From Octopus sinensis (Eukaryota), in assembly GCF_006345805.1 (NCBI RefSeq), contig NC_043004.1:22444001-22508000 (forward strand): a stretch of DNA of 64,000 bases, in the 5' to 3' direction. Position 1 is the stretch's first letter. Each line of letters opens with the position of its first letter. The position numbers and the translations under genes are program-made. The notes below the pieces were generated by a model that saw only the letters and a program-made list of their open reading frames with translations, was not told the origin of the DNA and made no database searches. This document shows, piece by piece, positions 27,981-42,081 of this stretch.

Positions 27981-28061
27981 TTGAATTGTTTGCTTTCATA
28001 AATCGGTCAATAGATAGATAGATAGAGAGAGAAAGACAGACAGAAAGACTATAACATATAG

Positions 28062-28099
<38 letters not shown>

Positions 28100-28166
28100 C
28101 TTTCTGTCTGTATTTCTCTCTCTATCTATCTATCTATTGACCGATTTATGGAAGCAAAAAATTCAA
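27981..28166. repeat. Foldback centred on a (TA)n tract, ~74-bp arms
   Basis: tttgctttcataaatcggtcaatagatag...agaaagactataa / ttatagtctttct...ctattgaccgatttatggaagcaaa. Confidence 0.85.
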
Positions 28167-28808
28167 ATCTTGCATCAATCTTCCAGTTGAGAGAGAGAGA
28201 GCGAGAGAGAAAGATTTGTTGTGATGTACACAAGCATATAAGTAAAAAGTAGTCAGAGCTGAGATAATTGCTATTTATTAAAACTTTCATTCCTTTTAGT
28301 TATTCATAATCAATCGAGGGTTACTAGACATTGTGTGTGTGTGTGTGTGTGTCTGTGTGTGTATGTTAGCTGAAAAAGTTATGAGTTCGTTTTGCTTTCC
28401 TAACTTTTAGAGAATGAATGTTTCAGAGTGGTTATTTGAGAGATTCTTTGTCATTTTTAATTGATGATTGTATGTGTGTGAATCTTTAGGTATGTATGTG
28501 AATTTTTAGACATAGCTCATGGGATGTTGTAGGCTTCACTAGGATAGACAGAATAAAAATGAAAATGAAAATTCGTTTCACACAGATACATATACATACA
28601 AATATCGACACATATACATTCAGAATGACAAGGAACACCTCAATTAATCACTCACGGCCTTTTTCCAAAAACGTCTGAAGATTAAATTATTGACATTTTT
28701 CATCTAATTCATATATAAAAAGGAAAACATTTCAGCAGCCCGTAAGGTAATTAATGTTATCAATAAAAAGAATTTACCCGAATTCTGACTACCTTCCTCT
28801 TATTATAT

Positions 28809-28864
<56 letters not shown>

Positions 28865-29855
28865 GCACACACACAAATGCTAACACGTGTTGTAAAGTAA
28901 TGGAATGGTTTGATTAGCAATGTTCTAAATCGTGAGCGCTACAGGTTATTTTAATATGGGGATAATACAGTCTAATTTATTTTACGAACCTAACGTACAT
29001 CTTTAATGTAGAGTACACACACACACACAGAGGTTTGATATATATTTATGTGCGCCTCAGTGTATTATATCATCATATTTCATTTGAAGAAATGTTAAAT
29101 GATTATAGACCCTGGGGTGAATTATCCAGGTAAATACCAACTCCAATAAAGAAGATATAATTTATGACATACCTAACAGTAATCCATGTCCCATTATAGC
29201 GAAGTCTCATAAAATAATTCCCAGGTGTCATCTGTTACATTTTCTGCTCCCCCAGAGAATGCATTCCATTACTCTACCTAGATATCAAGTAATAAATTTA
29301 TACATTAAAACTAGCTACTAATATTATTGCTTTTAGTCGATCAAACTGTAGATATGGCAATGCCTTTGCTCGACATAAACTGTGGCAACAATCCCACGCT
29401 ATAAGAACACTATTGCAAAATATCACTAATGGCTCTCCTTGTTTACATTTTCAAAAAAAGGCAATGTTACGATAAAACGATGCTTGTATTTATATTTTAA
29501 CACTTTGCTTCCCTCAATTTGTTTTAACACTTTATATCCTCTTTGACTGAATTCATGCCTATACTTCTAAGCTTGTGTGTTTTCAGAGGGTGGAGATAGA
29601 GGAGAGCAAAATACGTGCAATATACATAATACCCTGTAGTATCCAAATTAGTGTGAACTTAACTCCAGCATTTTCATCCAGAACCAGTGACGACGCAGCA
29701 GTAAGTAGATATCAGTGCAACCGTAATCTTGAAACAGCTGTCGAGGTAAAATAAACATCACATAATGTCATGTATGTTATAATCTACATTTCGTGCTCCA
29801 TGTGAATATACGGCTCAGGCTTATGTGTGTTTACCTTACGAGGTCTCTTTACATT

Positions 29856-29912
<57 letters not shown>

Positions 29913-29949
29913 CTCTCTCTCTCTTTATGTGTGTGTGTGTGTGTGTGAG

Positions 29950-30276
29950 TCCAAAAATGAAGCAAGAACGCAACAGATGACAATAATATATACGGACAAA
30001 TAGACGATACAAAGACGGACAGGAAAAAACAAGGACGAGTCATTCGCAGCCTTCTCTCATCAGACAAATTTCCAGATCATCTTTACAGTTTCAGCCGGTT
30101 ACACTTGAGACTGTCCAAATCTGACTGGTCACAAACTTATCTGATGAGAGAAGGCTGTGACTGACCCGTCCTTGTTTTTTCCTCTCCGTCGTTTTGTAGT
30201 TTTTCCTGTTCGTCTTTGCATCGTCTATGTCGATGTTTTATTCTCGTCTGTTGCGTTCTTGTTCCATTTTTTTGGA
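29950..30276. repeat. Foldback/MITE-like element with ~120-140-bp arms
   Basis: tccaaaaatgaagcaagaacgcaacaga...cagccttctctcatcaga / tctgatgagagaaggctg...tctgttgcgttcttgttccattttttgga. Confidence 0.8.
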
Positions 30277-30981
30277 TTTATATATACATATAGCGGCGTA
30301 CGTACACTTTTGCTCACCCTATAAGTATATATATATAATGTGTATGTGTGTGCGCACGCGCGTAGAACTGGATCTCGATGTACGTATAAAGTTACTAATA
30401 ACATGTAACAGGTTGAAAAAAATCTTGCTGAGTCGAATCCTGCGTACCTATGTGTGAGCGGTTTTGTATGTTTACATAGATACATATACATATATAAACA
30501 AATAAAAACATATACACACACACATACTTATATTTAAATAATTCTTATAGTGTACATGTTTCCAAGAAAATTTATTCAAATTTTGCTATGAACCGGTCAA
30601 CTTCAGCTTTTCTTGTAATTATTTGTGAGTGTTTCTCCAAAGGCAATATGCCAATCGCATATATCTTTATAGTATATGTCACCGTTGAAGGTCAAATGTA
30701 TAAATATCCAGTTTGCATATGTCTTGGATAGAAAAATGTGTTTATCGACAGCGTTTAAGCCGAAATAGTAGCGGATTTGATGTGATGGCCGTGTTAGATA
30801 CGTCGTTCTACATTCTGATTTCAAATCTAGATGAAACCAACTTTGAATTTTTTTCTTTTAGACAGCGTTGTAAATAAAAAGAGGGGGGAGTATCTCATAT
30901 ATACATATTAAATGATACAATCACATACATACAACTCAACTTGGATTCTTATTTCTAAGGTATTTTTCGATGTTGTTGTTG

Positions 30982-30993
30982 TTATTATTATTA

Positions 30994-31048
<55 letters not shown>
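30982..31048. repeat. (TTA)n microsatellite
   Basis: Directly visible. Confidence 0.98.
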
Positions 31049-31476
31049 TTGAGCGTGGATTCGGAATCAGCGTCCTAGATTTAGTGTAAAAGACATGCTC
31101 TCACCCCAGTAGCATGTTTGTTGTTCAGTGTAATATATGCTTGCTGACACGCAATCATACACACACAAAGTGCATTTGGAAAGAGAAAGACCCACAAGAA
31201 GCTATGCAAGGCATACTCTAAGAGAAGACACTGGAAACAATTAACACATATACTAATTGGATATAAACGCACAAATGCAAGAGCGTAGCACACACGTACA
31301 CGTACCTAATACTTCGTTCTGTAGTAATAAATATATTAAAAAATTGCCGAAGAACATACGCTTACAAATTTGCTTATAGTAAAATTTTGAATTTCATACA
31401 ATTATACAACTTATCATTCACTTTTAAAATTCTCGCACTTTCTAATCAGGCCGTTTTCTTTTTTTGTGAATTCTCC

Positions 31477-31572
<96 letters not shown>

Positions 31573-32001
31573 TTGTATGTATATGTTTGTATGTATTTCT
31601 ATATATGTATGTATATATGCACAGGCAGACATATTTGTATATATACGCATATATAAAAACACACAAATATATGTACAGAGAGAGAGTGTGGCAGCGTTAC
31701 CTACCTTCTGTGTACGCTAAATGAAATAACTGAATGACGATTTAGTCGTCATATTATTGGTGTACCTCAGGTGGCCGCTGTTATGTTGACATTGATAATC
31801 TTAAATGGAGATGGATGGAGAGAAACTGTGAGAGAGAGAGAGAAAGAAGAACAGTTAACAAAGTAACTAGACAGTGTGATTAAAGCTGAGGAAATGGAAA
31901 AAAATTGGGGGCGGAAATTGGTATCAATAGAGAGATAGAAATAAAGAAAGTCTGCGATAAATAACACAGAAAGATAAATGGTGATGGTGGAAGTAATGAT
32001 G

Positions 32002-32089
32002 GGCTACCTCTGTATCTCTATATGGCTACCTCTGTATCTCAATACGGCTACCTCTGTGTCTCAATAATGCCACGTCTGTATCTCAATAG
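32002..32089. repeat. 22-bp minisatellite x4
   Basis: ggctacctctgtatctc(a/t)ata(t/c/a) units starting 32002, 32024, 32046 and 32068 (last diverged). Confidence 0.85.
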
Positions 32090-33266
32090 AGGAAGAGGCG
32101 AGAAAGAAAGGCAAGAGAGAGAGGGAAAAGTAAAAGAAAGTAAAGCTGAGTATCGAAAGATGCAATCGAGAGTAAAGACAAATGTAGAGTGTAGAATTCT
32201 GAAAGCTTAAAACTGATAGAGAATTAGAAAAAGAAAGGAGGAATATGTATACATATTGAAAGAATGTGACATCACTACACTACATCCCCCTCTCACCCAC
32301 TCCTCTCTCTCTCTCTCTCTCGCTCATCCACACTATCACCCTTTCTCTCTCCCGACACACGCTCTCTTCTTCTATGTCTGTCTCTCTCTTTATTTCTCTC
32401 TCTCTCCCTCTATCTCACCCCTCTCTCTTTTCCCCTCTTTCTATCGCTCACACATTGCCTTGTACTGTTTTCGAAGAGTATATTAGTATTTTAAATGATG
32501 TCATGATTAGTTGAAATTAACTTCGCTACACAAATATAATACTGCTCTACATACACAGACACATGCACGCATTTTCCCTCCCCACCCCCAACACACACAC
32601 ACACATTTTCTCTCTCACGCACGTACCTATGAAGTAACTACAGAGGAAAATGCTTTGAGATATTTATCATGGATAATATATGATATATAAGGATATATTT
32701 ACATTTTTAAAGAGATTGAAACCGGTAGGAGTTTTTTTGATATGGGTTTTAAATACTTCCTTATTTTTATGCCTGATAAAGTTCTCAAACCATTTTCTTT
32801 TTGCTTTTAATATAAATTCACTCGTGTGTCACCTCTTCGCTTTAAAAATACACACAGACACTTCTATCTATCTGCCGATCTATTTATCTATCTATCTATC
32901 TATCCATTAACAGTTACTCTGATTTTTATGCATTAAATGCAAAGTAGCATATATATTTTTTTGTAGATTAGGTAAGCATAATTCACCCCTGCCTTTCAAT
33001 TTCAGGATTAAAACTACGTATAGTACTGCTGTGGTACACATGCTGCGTACATTCCTACAAGCTTTTCTTTACGTGATAAAATGCAGAAGTAATTCTGCCT
33101 CCAACTCAGTCGCACACCTGTTTCGCTTAGCTTTTTGCGTGTTTTACTACATAAAAGTCACCAACTGCATTCCCTGAGTAATTTCTAACGATACGTGCCT
33201 GATAAACATACATACATATATAATATATATTATATATATATATATTATATATATATATATATACAC

Positions 33267-33306
<40 letters not shown>

Positions 33307-33309
33307 TCT

Positions 33310-33726
33310 ATTACTCCTTTATAAGTTTCAGACATGTGACTGCGGAGCACCACCTTCAGTCGAATAAATCGACCCCAGGGCTAATTCTTTATAATTCTAG
33401 TACTTATTCTCTCTGACTCTTGCCGAACAGCTAAGTGACGGGGACGTAAACATACCAGCAACGATTGTCAAGCGATGGCGGGGTGAACAAACACATATAC
33501 ACGAATACATGCAGAAATACATACATACATGCACACACACACACACACACATAATATATATATATATATATATATACGTTGGGCTTCTTTCGATTTCCGT
33601 CTACCACTGTCAAGACTTTGGTCGGCTTGAAGCTATAGTAGAAAATAGAAAGTGCGACACACTGGGACTGAACATGGGACCGTGTGGTTGAGAAGCAAAT
33701 TTCTCACCATACTGTCACGCCTGCGT
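33310..33726 (-). mobile_element. tRNA-SINE family B, full length
   Basis: Reverse-complement match to the 46825-47221 head, body and tail. Confidence 0.8.
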
Positions 33727-33767
33727 CTATATATATATATATATATATATATATTATCAACATCACT

Positions 33768-33802
<35 letters not shown>

Positions 33803-34774
33803 TGTTGTTCTTGTTAACTGATATTTACAGAAGATATTTACTGGTTATGCACCTTTGCCGCCAGTCTAGAGCGAATATGTGAGTAGTGTGGATAGGTGAG
33901 TGAAGTGATTAGAAAATAGACAAATTTTAGCTCAGTATAAATGTTGTTCTTTTTTTATTGCTGGGCATCTGCTAAAATTTTAAAACATTTATTTAAGGTA
34001 AGCACAGTTTCAATCACTACCTATGTATATCTAAGAACACAGATGTTTGGAGTTGGGCAATGTGTTATATATAATTGCTTTGTAACTACTAGTTAAATTA
34101 TTTGTCTCACCTGACATTTAGTGCTTCCTAAAGTATGTTATGGGAAATGCTTATGATCGATAAAGGTTGTCAATGTTTATTGTTTTGTTTTGTTCCTTTG
34201 TTTTTTCCTCAAACCTCTCAGCAATTTCTTTTAACATTTTCATTAAATTTACACTTAAGCTTCCACGCGATAGAACAGATACACAAACACAAACCGCCAT
34301 TTACATTAACAGCCTGCTATATTGCTGATCTGACAACAAGGAATACGAACATCGCTTCCAATGCATTTGTAACATGCTAGCCGTGCTAACTAATGAAGGA
34401 GCATTTCATCCATGACCAAAAAATATGGTGAAAATTAGTATATTAAAATTAACGTTTTAAAGATTGCATTATACTCTGAATAATTTCTGCATATTACACA
34501 CAATCCTGTGCATAATGGCTTATTTTTTCTTTTCTGAAACCTTACGCATAAATTGTTGCTGTTACATTTTAAAAGTAACAACTTTCAAGACCAGTCTCAA
34601 AATGGAAGACATATAATAGTCATGAATATTTTATTGCTTAAATTTAGCAAACTTCAGTTAACTGTTTATACACGCACGCGCGCGCATGCACACTGACATA
34701 TGTACACTAGAATCTTTATAAGAGCCTTTTATTCTTACAAGATATGTGTAAATAGCTAAATAATCTTTTCTACC

Positions 34775-34955
34775 CTAGGTACAAGGCCCGAAATTTTGGG
34801 GGAGGAATTAGATCGACCCAGTAAGCAACTTGTACTTAATTTATCGACCTTGAAATGATGAAAAGCAAAGTAGACCTCGTCGGAATTTGAACTCAGAACG
34901 TAAAGACAAAGGATAAGCCGCTAAGCATTTCGCCCGGCGTACTAACGTTTCTGCC
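34775..34955 (-). mobile_element. tRNA-SINE family A copy
   Basis: Same core as 14069-14665 (ggaatttgaactcagaacgta...gcatttcgcccggcgt.ctaacg). Confidence 0.85.
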
Positions 34956-35796
34956 TTTAAATAGCTAAATAATACAAATAAGATGATTTCGTTAGGTTTT
35001 TAGCCGTGTGAAGATAAGTGCCATCTTTCAAATCTCTTGTGATATGAAAGTTAATAGCAAAGAATCATTATGATTTACTCAGATTTGTCATGTATAAATA
35101 CGTCGCCTTTTCGACTGTGTTTCCATTCCTAGTTGTTCGCTTCATCTATTACACTAATACGAAAAGATTTGACGTCTAAATCAATCTCCAATATTTCTTG
35201 TATGCACATCTCTTTTATGATGAAACTATCATAAAAAATATATTCATATAATAAAAAAGATTGATAAAGAAACCTGTCTCAAATATTAGTATTAACTGTT
35301 TTATAATTTTCTATAATTATAAATATTTAGATACAGGTGAATAATATATCAAAGTTGGGTTGTTCGTGCGTTCGCTAAGAACATGTGTGACGTAAGCGAA
35401 GTATAACTGCAATAAATATGAATTATAATAGGTTGACTGAATGCAGTAAACGGGAAAACACCACAATCTCGGTTTGGTCATAGTTTCTGAATGGCATTTC
35501 CTCTCATAAACACAGCATATTATTAACACACCAATAATTCCAACGCTAAATATGCCAATCAAATTATATACGTGCTGCTCTTAAGACCACTTTAATTTCT
35601 TGCATGATTAATGTTGGTTAAAGGTCTACGAAGAAGCAACATCAGCTGATAATGGTCGAATTACGAAAAGGTGTATTGATTCAAGTCTGTTCAATAAATC
35701 TAAAATGATATTCATATGGTCTGTATAATAAGTTAATGTGACACAACGAACCGCTTCAGTATTGAATAAATAACAGTTTTCACAACTAATTCTGTT

Positions 35797-35857
<61 letters not shown>

Positions 35858-35858
35858 C

Positions 35859-35887
<29 letters not shown>
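35797..35887. repeat. (GTA)n microsatellite
   Basis: Directly visible, one GCA interruption. Confidence 0.98.
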
Positions 35888-35892
<5 letters not shown>

Positions 35893-38478
35893 TCAGTAGC
35901 AATCATCATCACATCGGTATCTGGAAGAGCAGCAATGCTAACTACTTGATTAGTAATTATTATATCCATGGTAATTATATTGATTTTTAACATAGATAGA
36001 TAGTCTACTAATTAAAGGGAAAGGAATAGTCAATTATATCGATCCCAGTAGTTGACAGGTATTTTCTTCATCTCGCAAGGATAAAATGCAAAGGTAACTT
36101 CGACTTAGCAGATAAAAGTTCGATGTCTCAGCATCGCAAGTCATTTTCACCAATGTGCTACCGAATTTGATTTGTTCTGAAAAGTTTCATTAACATTGAC
36201 TCAATTCAGCGTGTATGTGAAACTCTATGAAATTTGTCAACCTGCTAAACTTAACAAACAAATTTCTCTTCAAAAATACTTTTGGGAATGGAATAAAGGA
36301 TGACATTAATCATAAATTCTTTGGTTCAGAGCTGACCTTAACCTATACGACATTAGGTCAGTTATGCAGAGTTAATGACAAAACATCAATGGAACAAGGA
36401 ATAAATTACAAAGCCAATATTAAGTATTTCTTTACAATCAAAGGGACAGCTGTAGCGGACTGGGAAATTATTTTGATGATCTCGGATGAATGAAAAGTAA
36501 TTCTTCACCACATAGATCATAGAATCGAAACAAAGATATTTTAACAAAAAAAAAAAAAAATTATTGTCATGATCTGCCATTCCCAGTGCTGAAAAGTATA
36601 AATATTTCTAAGAGATGTACAATATCACATATATTTGAGAGCGATAACATTAATTCCATTAGCCTCCAAATTTGTTCAGTACAACATCGAGATGTTGAAA
36701 GACAAAGATTACTTTGACGGAGTTCAAAGAGCTTACAAGGTCGTAACTAAATGATACAAGAAATATTCTTCCATGTTTCATCGCTACTCTGCAATCAGCT
36801 ACCATTATCTTGCCAATGCTCTACTCATTCTGCTCTCGACTACTTTTGGAAGAGATAATGATATTGATTTTAATGTAAGTGCAACGCTGCATAAGCCATA
36901 TGGTGGCTGTCACTGACTATATCAATCTACACATTGGAGTTGTACTTTATTTTAACCAACTTCAGGCCGACATTGGCGGGATTCGAAATCAGAAGCTAAG
37001 GAACGTGGAGACATTTATCCTATGGTGTAAAGATTCAGTCAATTAGACCTCACTTTTTGAGGTGGTGTATCATCCATTAACATGGACATCATTTTACTTT
37101 ATAAAGCAAATACAAAGTTGATCTCGGCGGGGTTTGAAAAGTAGCAATAATTGGAAATACATTTATAATAGAAATTATTTCTGTTCATGTCACAATTTGT
37201 ATTTCAGTTGCGTTTCTCTGACAGGAGATTGCCCAACGTTGTCGCCTAATTTGCTAAAAGTTATAGCTATCTTCTTGCCAAATTGCATCTCTGACGTCAA
37301 GCAAAAGAACTAGAAATATATAACAGAGTGTAGATCTGGATGCACAGTGCTTGGAGACAAAAATTCGATGCGTACAACTGGAGTGGTTTTGATTTATAAT
37401 CCTGCTTGAATAGGGCTGACTTGTGGTTATGTTACCTCGACAACATCTCGTGTATATTGCGAGTGAGATTTAGCACTCATATCACAGACTGTTAAATATA
37501 AATACTGAAATATATTCGGTACAGCTACATATAATTCGTTTAACGCAAAACCGATTTATCAATGGATATAATTTAACAAAGAGAAATAACAATGACTTTA
37601 ATTTAATGAACATAAAAGCAACTATAACACAATTATAACAACAAAGGTATACAAATGGGTCTACCAGCAAAAAATTGTAACTACATCAATAGCAAAATTA
37701 AGAACAATTACAATGTCAACAAAAACAATAAATTAGTATGACAACAACCAAACGAAAATATACACTTCTTTTATTCAGTTCAGAAAATCCATTGATGCAT
37801 TCATTTATCTTGCTCTTCCCAGCTAAATTTCCTGGATATGTCTCCAAAGTAAATTATACTAGCATATTTATAGCTACAATGCAAATATTTACATTATCTT
37901 GAGTATTAGAACTCTTACAGGCTGAGAGAAGTATTGTGAACAACGTGGTACTTAAGACCACGATAGAAAGATAACACTTTTTGTATATGTATTGTTCTTA
38001 CGTAAAACATCCACCCATCCGCAAGCACACTCATATACATACAAATATATACATATATTTGCCTAAATGTGTGTGGTGAGATTGATGAGCTATTATTTTA
38101 TTGATTCATTGTAACAGAAGAAATGTTTTATACTATACAAACTGAAATAAATTGAATCATTAATATACGGTACTCAAACCTGGTCTTCGTGAGACTTGCT
38201 TAATCAATCTAGAGAACAAAGGACTATACAAAGCATCTAGTCAAACAATATTTGTTATTGTCGTCAATTAGATGTTGTTTCTAATATATTTGAAATAGAT
38301 TTCAAACAGATTTCCAATAAATTTCTTAGTTAATTAGGGAAGCTCGATTTGATTGGGTTCCTTTCATTGAGAAATCTTTATTCAAGGATATTCTGATGCA
38401 ATTTTAAATTTTAAGGATCCACAGAAGTATGCTAACATTGAGACTAACTATGTGTTTTATCAGCTTATGTTATAATTT

Positions 38479-38544
<66 letters not shown>

Positions 38545-39016
38545 GAGTTATCTTTTTTCAACAGAGTAAACTACAACTTGTACGTAGCGCTGCATGTATA
38601 AATCAAAGAAGAAACGAAATAAACGCAACAAGCGGAAACCGTCAAAGAACGATATGCGAATAAAAGGACGATAGCACGACAACGGCAAACACAGCAAAAC
38701 AAGATCCTAGGGTCATTTGCAGCCAATTAACTCTTTAGTCGGAGTCTGGAATGTCCACGTAGTTCCGCACATTTTTCTCCGATATTACACGTAACTGGTT
38801 GGGCCAGGGACTTAAGCATTAGGCCCCTGAGTAAGGCAACTGAATTACATATACGAAAACAAATAAGTAAACGATAGAAAGGGATTTTCGACTATCGGAC
38901 GAACGTAACATATGAAATAGAATTCTACATACATAATGGACTAACGCCTATCGGCTAAAAGAACTAGGGGAAAATAATTATACAATTATAACAAAAATAA
39001 AACAAAACAAAAGGTC

Positions 39017-39051
<35 letters not shown>

Positions 39052-39053
39052 TT

Positions 39054-39606
39054 GAGTGCGAGAGTAGTGCACACCATCAAAGTGACACTGGGGTGAAATA
39101 TACGAAGCCCAGCATACCCATTATGATTACCCGTCTACTAAGGGCACACTAAGCACATGCATCACAACCATATGTGCGCGACATGGTGATCTCATATCAA
39201 GATAAACAGCACATGGCCTTGCAGGTGGAGCCCAGTTAGAATTTTCTTCTGGTCGAGTGACCCATCCCGCTCAAAATGTCCCTGAATAAGGGTTGTTAAA
39301 GGATGTTGAACAAAGCACCCATGTTTCCGAAGGCGAATTATCCAAACCTCCACGAATTCCTTTCAACACATGGCTATGATGCTCTCCCACTACTTCTGCT
39401 CGTGGACAGAGATGCACATATCGTCAGCCACTAAGGGACATGGTCAATTGGTGAAGGTCAAACAACTGACAAGCAAATCTGTGGTATTGAGCAAATATTT
39501 GCTGTAGCCCATCTTTTATACCAAGACAAAACAATGTACACGATAACACTTCTAATCAGTTAAGATCAGAAGCCATGAGAGCCACTGTCTGGTACTGCAT
39601 CAGGTC

Positions 39607-39607
<1 letters not shown>
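39054..39607. mobile_element. 554-bp unclassified interspersed element embedded in a (TAT)n tract
   Basis: Higher-GC block with sharp boundaries, flanked directly by (TAT)n on both sides (39017-39053 and 39608-39673). No ORF or TIR seen. Confidence 0.65.
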
Positions 39608-39677
<70 letters not shown>

Positions 39678-40399
39678 GCGCATCTAATCATATTAATTTA
39701 TAACTTTCACGAAATCCTTAATTTTGTTAAATAATTTATCTATGGGTTGGTGATCATTATTGGTATATTATTAAATCGACGTCAAATCGATGAGATGAAA
39801 GACGTATTTCAATGTGGTAGGATATGAATATGTTATGCAGAACAAATTTAATATTTTCATTCTGTATTATGTGATTTAATACTATAAATTTAACAACCAT
39901 TACAGTGAAACATTGTTAAGGAGATTTATATGCATCAAAATATTAGTAAGAACATTTATAACATACGGCAAGTGAAATATTGTGTGGTGTTTCCCGAGAT
40001 CGCTTCCATTTCATCGTGCTTGCTATTATTGATTCAAACTACTTACACATAACCACTATTCTATAGCGAGCCATCGATCGAGTGGTTTCAGTATATTATT
40101 TGTAGTGATTTTACCGACCACCAGAGATAACGTGCATCTTCAAACATCACGAGTGATAATATACATCACTGTTTAGTCCGTCATTTATGTGTCTGCTTTC
40201 CATTATTATTTAGTATTCAAATATGTTTTGTAAGTTTGTCTCAAGTCGAAGAACTAAATGCCTAGCTAGTATTCTATTACTTCTTGCTTGGGCGCAGTCT
40301 TGAAAATTTGTCGAACAAATCGAATCTTTACGTATTGCTAAGTGCAGTACATATTCTATATATCTCTATTTCGCTGGACTGCTATGTTTCAGAAGCGTA

Positions 40400-41600
40400 A
40401 GAAACCAATCAGCCCCTCTAAGATAAGCGGCAACTTCTATGCTCAAACTTTGGCCTGACTTTTAAAATCTGCGTTCAGGAACATCATAGGCCGAAAATTT
40501 TCTATTTAGTTAGTTCACCTTGTTTGGGTCCTTTGTCACCAGTGTCACTGCTCCTTCACTCACAGGACTAGGAATTCTCTCGTTCTCCTGCTAGTTGTCG
40601 CAGATATCTGTTAAAAGGCCGCCAGACAAGTCTGGCATGGAAAAATAAGCTCGTAAGGTAGACGATCCAAACCAGGCGATTTACACCAACGCAGCCCATC
40701 ATCGCACTCCATTGTTTCGCGGCTGTTATCGGCATTTCGCAGCGCTCCGCTCCCATTGCTGTGAAGTGGCGCATGCCGTCGAGGTAGGCATCCCGTGTTC
40801 CGAACTGCCATTCGTCTCAAACTGTTGACCAAAGTGCTGCTGAAATGCCGTACATATCTGCTCGTGCTCAAGTACCGTGTGCCCAGTGTATATGTAGATG
40901 CGTTTGTGTGCGCGCGCGCGTGAGGGCGTGCATGTTTTTGTGTTTGCTCACGTGTGAGCGTGTATCTCGTCCCATGCTGAATTGTAGCTTTGTTTCCATG
41001 TTGCGTCACTGCTACTTGTTTCTAAGCTTCAAATATTGTATTCCTTTCTATGGCTAATACCTTAGTAAATCCAGTTTATTCGAGTCTGATCGCCCTTTCA
41101 GAGCAAACTACCATTTGTTATTGACGATTGACCCCGTCAACGGCCGCTTGATTAATTCTGTAATCCGGTCCTCGTAGGTTTGGCCCACCAGGAGTGATGC
41201 GTTCAGTTTCCAGTAACAAATTTCTGACCTGTGTAGCCGACGGCTTTAAAATGTGGACAACTTATAATATCCTTATCTACTGGCCAACAGAAAATTCTAG
41301 ATACGGCGTATATGACACGATCCCGTTTGTCCATGTCCATAATGGCATATTTGGGAAATACAGTCGGTACCCCTGGGTAGATAGAAAAGTTTGTGAGCAA
41401 GTGTACAAGGCTTTTGGACCCCATTCTTCCTACACCAAGGCAATCCAAGCGTGCGCCCAGGATGGTGTTTCACACACCCATGAGTAGTAAATATGGAGAC
41501 GTCCCGAGAAAAACAACAATACACCTAAAGAGATATGGTTGCCCCGCCTCTCTCGGAGCATAAATAGCCAACAGACTGAAGATACATAATAAACTCTCAT
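40400..41600 (-). mobile_element. L1/Tx1-clade LINE ORF2 fragment (APE endonuclease to RT N-terminus), pseudogenised
   Basis: Minus-strand motifs in the expected order: LLAIYAP...LLLMGV*NTILGARLD (APE YAP and GDFN-like), VGYTGQKFVT (SDH-like), WKLNASLL (within 41189-41215), QHGNKATIQ, CEMPITAA, KSPGLDRLPYE (40649-40682), GAVTLVTKDPNK, NFRPMMFLNADFK (40461-40502). Interrupted by a CA-rich tract near 40880-40980. Confidence 0.92.
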
Positions 41601-42032
41601 TTTTACTCACCTGTACTCAGTAAGTCTGCTCACTTGGGACATAGTCTCCACTTTCATCCATGCTCCGGGAAATTTCCTAAAATGCAGTCCGTCTTTCTCT
41701 CAACTCATCTTCCTTTCCACGTGAAGGCGCCAGAGAGATAAACAGTGCCTATCCTTCCCAGCCAGAGAAAGGCATCGGAACGATCTTCACATTGGGCTCA
41801 TTTGATACCTGGATCATCATATACGTAATAGCAGGGGTTCAGCATAACACCTCAATTCTAGCAATGCTCCAGCTGTGGACGAGATGCACGTATACACACA
41901 CACATATAAACACACACAGGCACACACTGTTAATGTAATTTTTGTTATCTCACCTTCATCTTAACGCAATAATTTACACGCTATAAATCATAGATATATG
42001 TATTTCAAATTCTACCATTAAAATGACTCATA

Positions 42033-42077
<45 letters not shown>

Positions 42078-42081
<4 letters not shown>

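Noticed and set aside
29170-29290. Minus-strand donor-like ttag|gtatgt with a short open frame (MTPGNYFMRLRYNGTWITV)
   Set aside because: Poor acceptor context; longer versions contain stops in all frames.
39540-39607. HDV-like ribozyme at the end of the TAT-embedded element
   Set aside because: A P3/L3-like hairpin and P2-like pairing exist, but there is no room for P4 or J4/2 with the catalytic C, and P1 needs a bulge.
41194-41487. Plus-strand 97-aa ORF
   Set aside because: Antisense to the L1/Tx1 endonuclease fragment, which explains the region.
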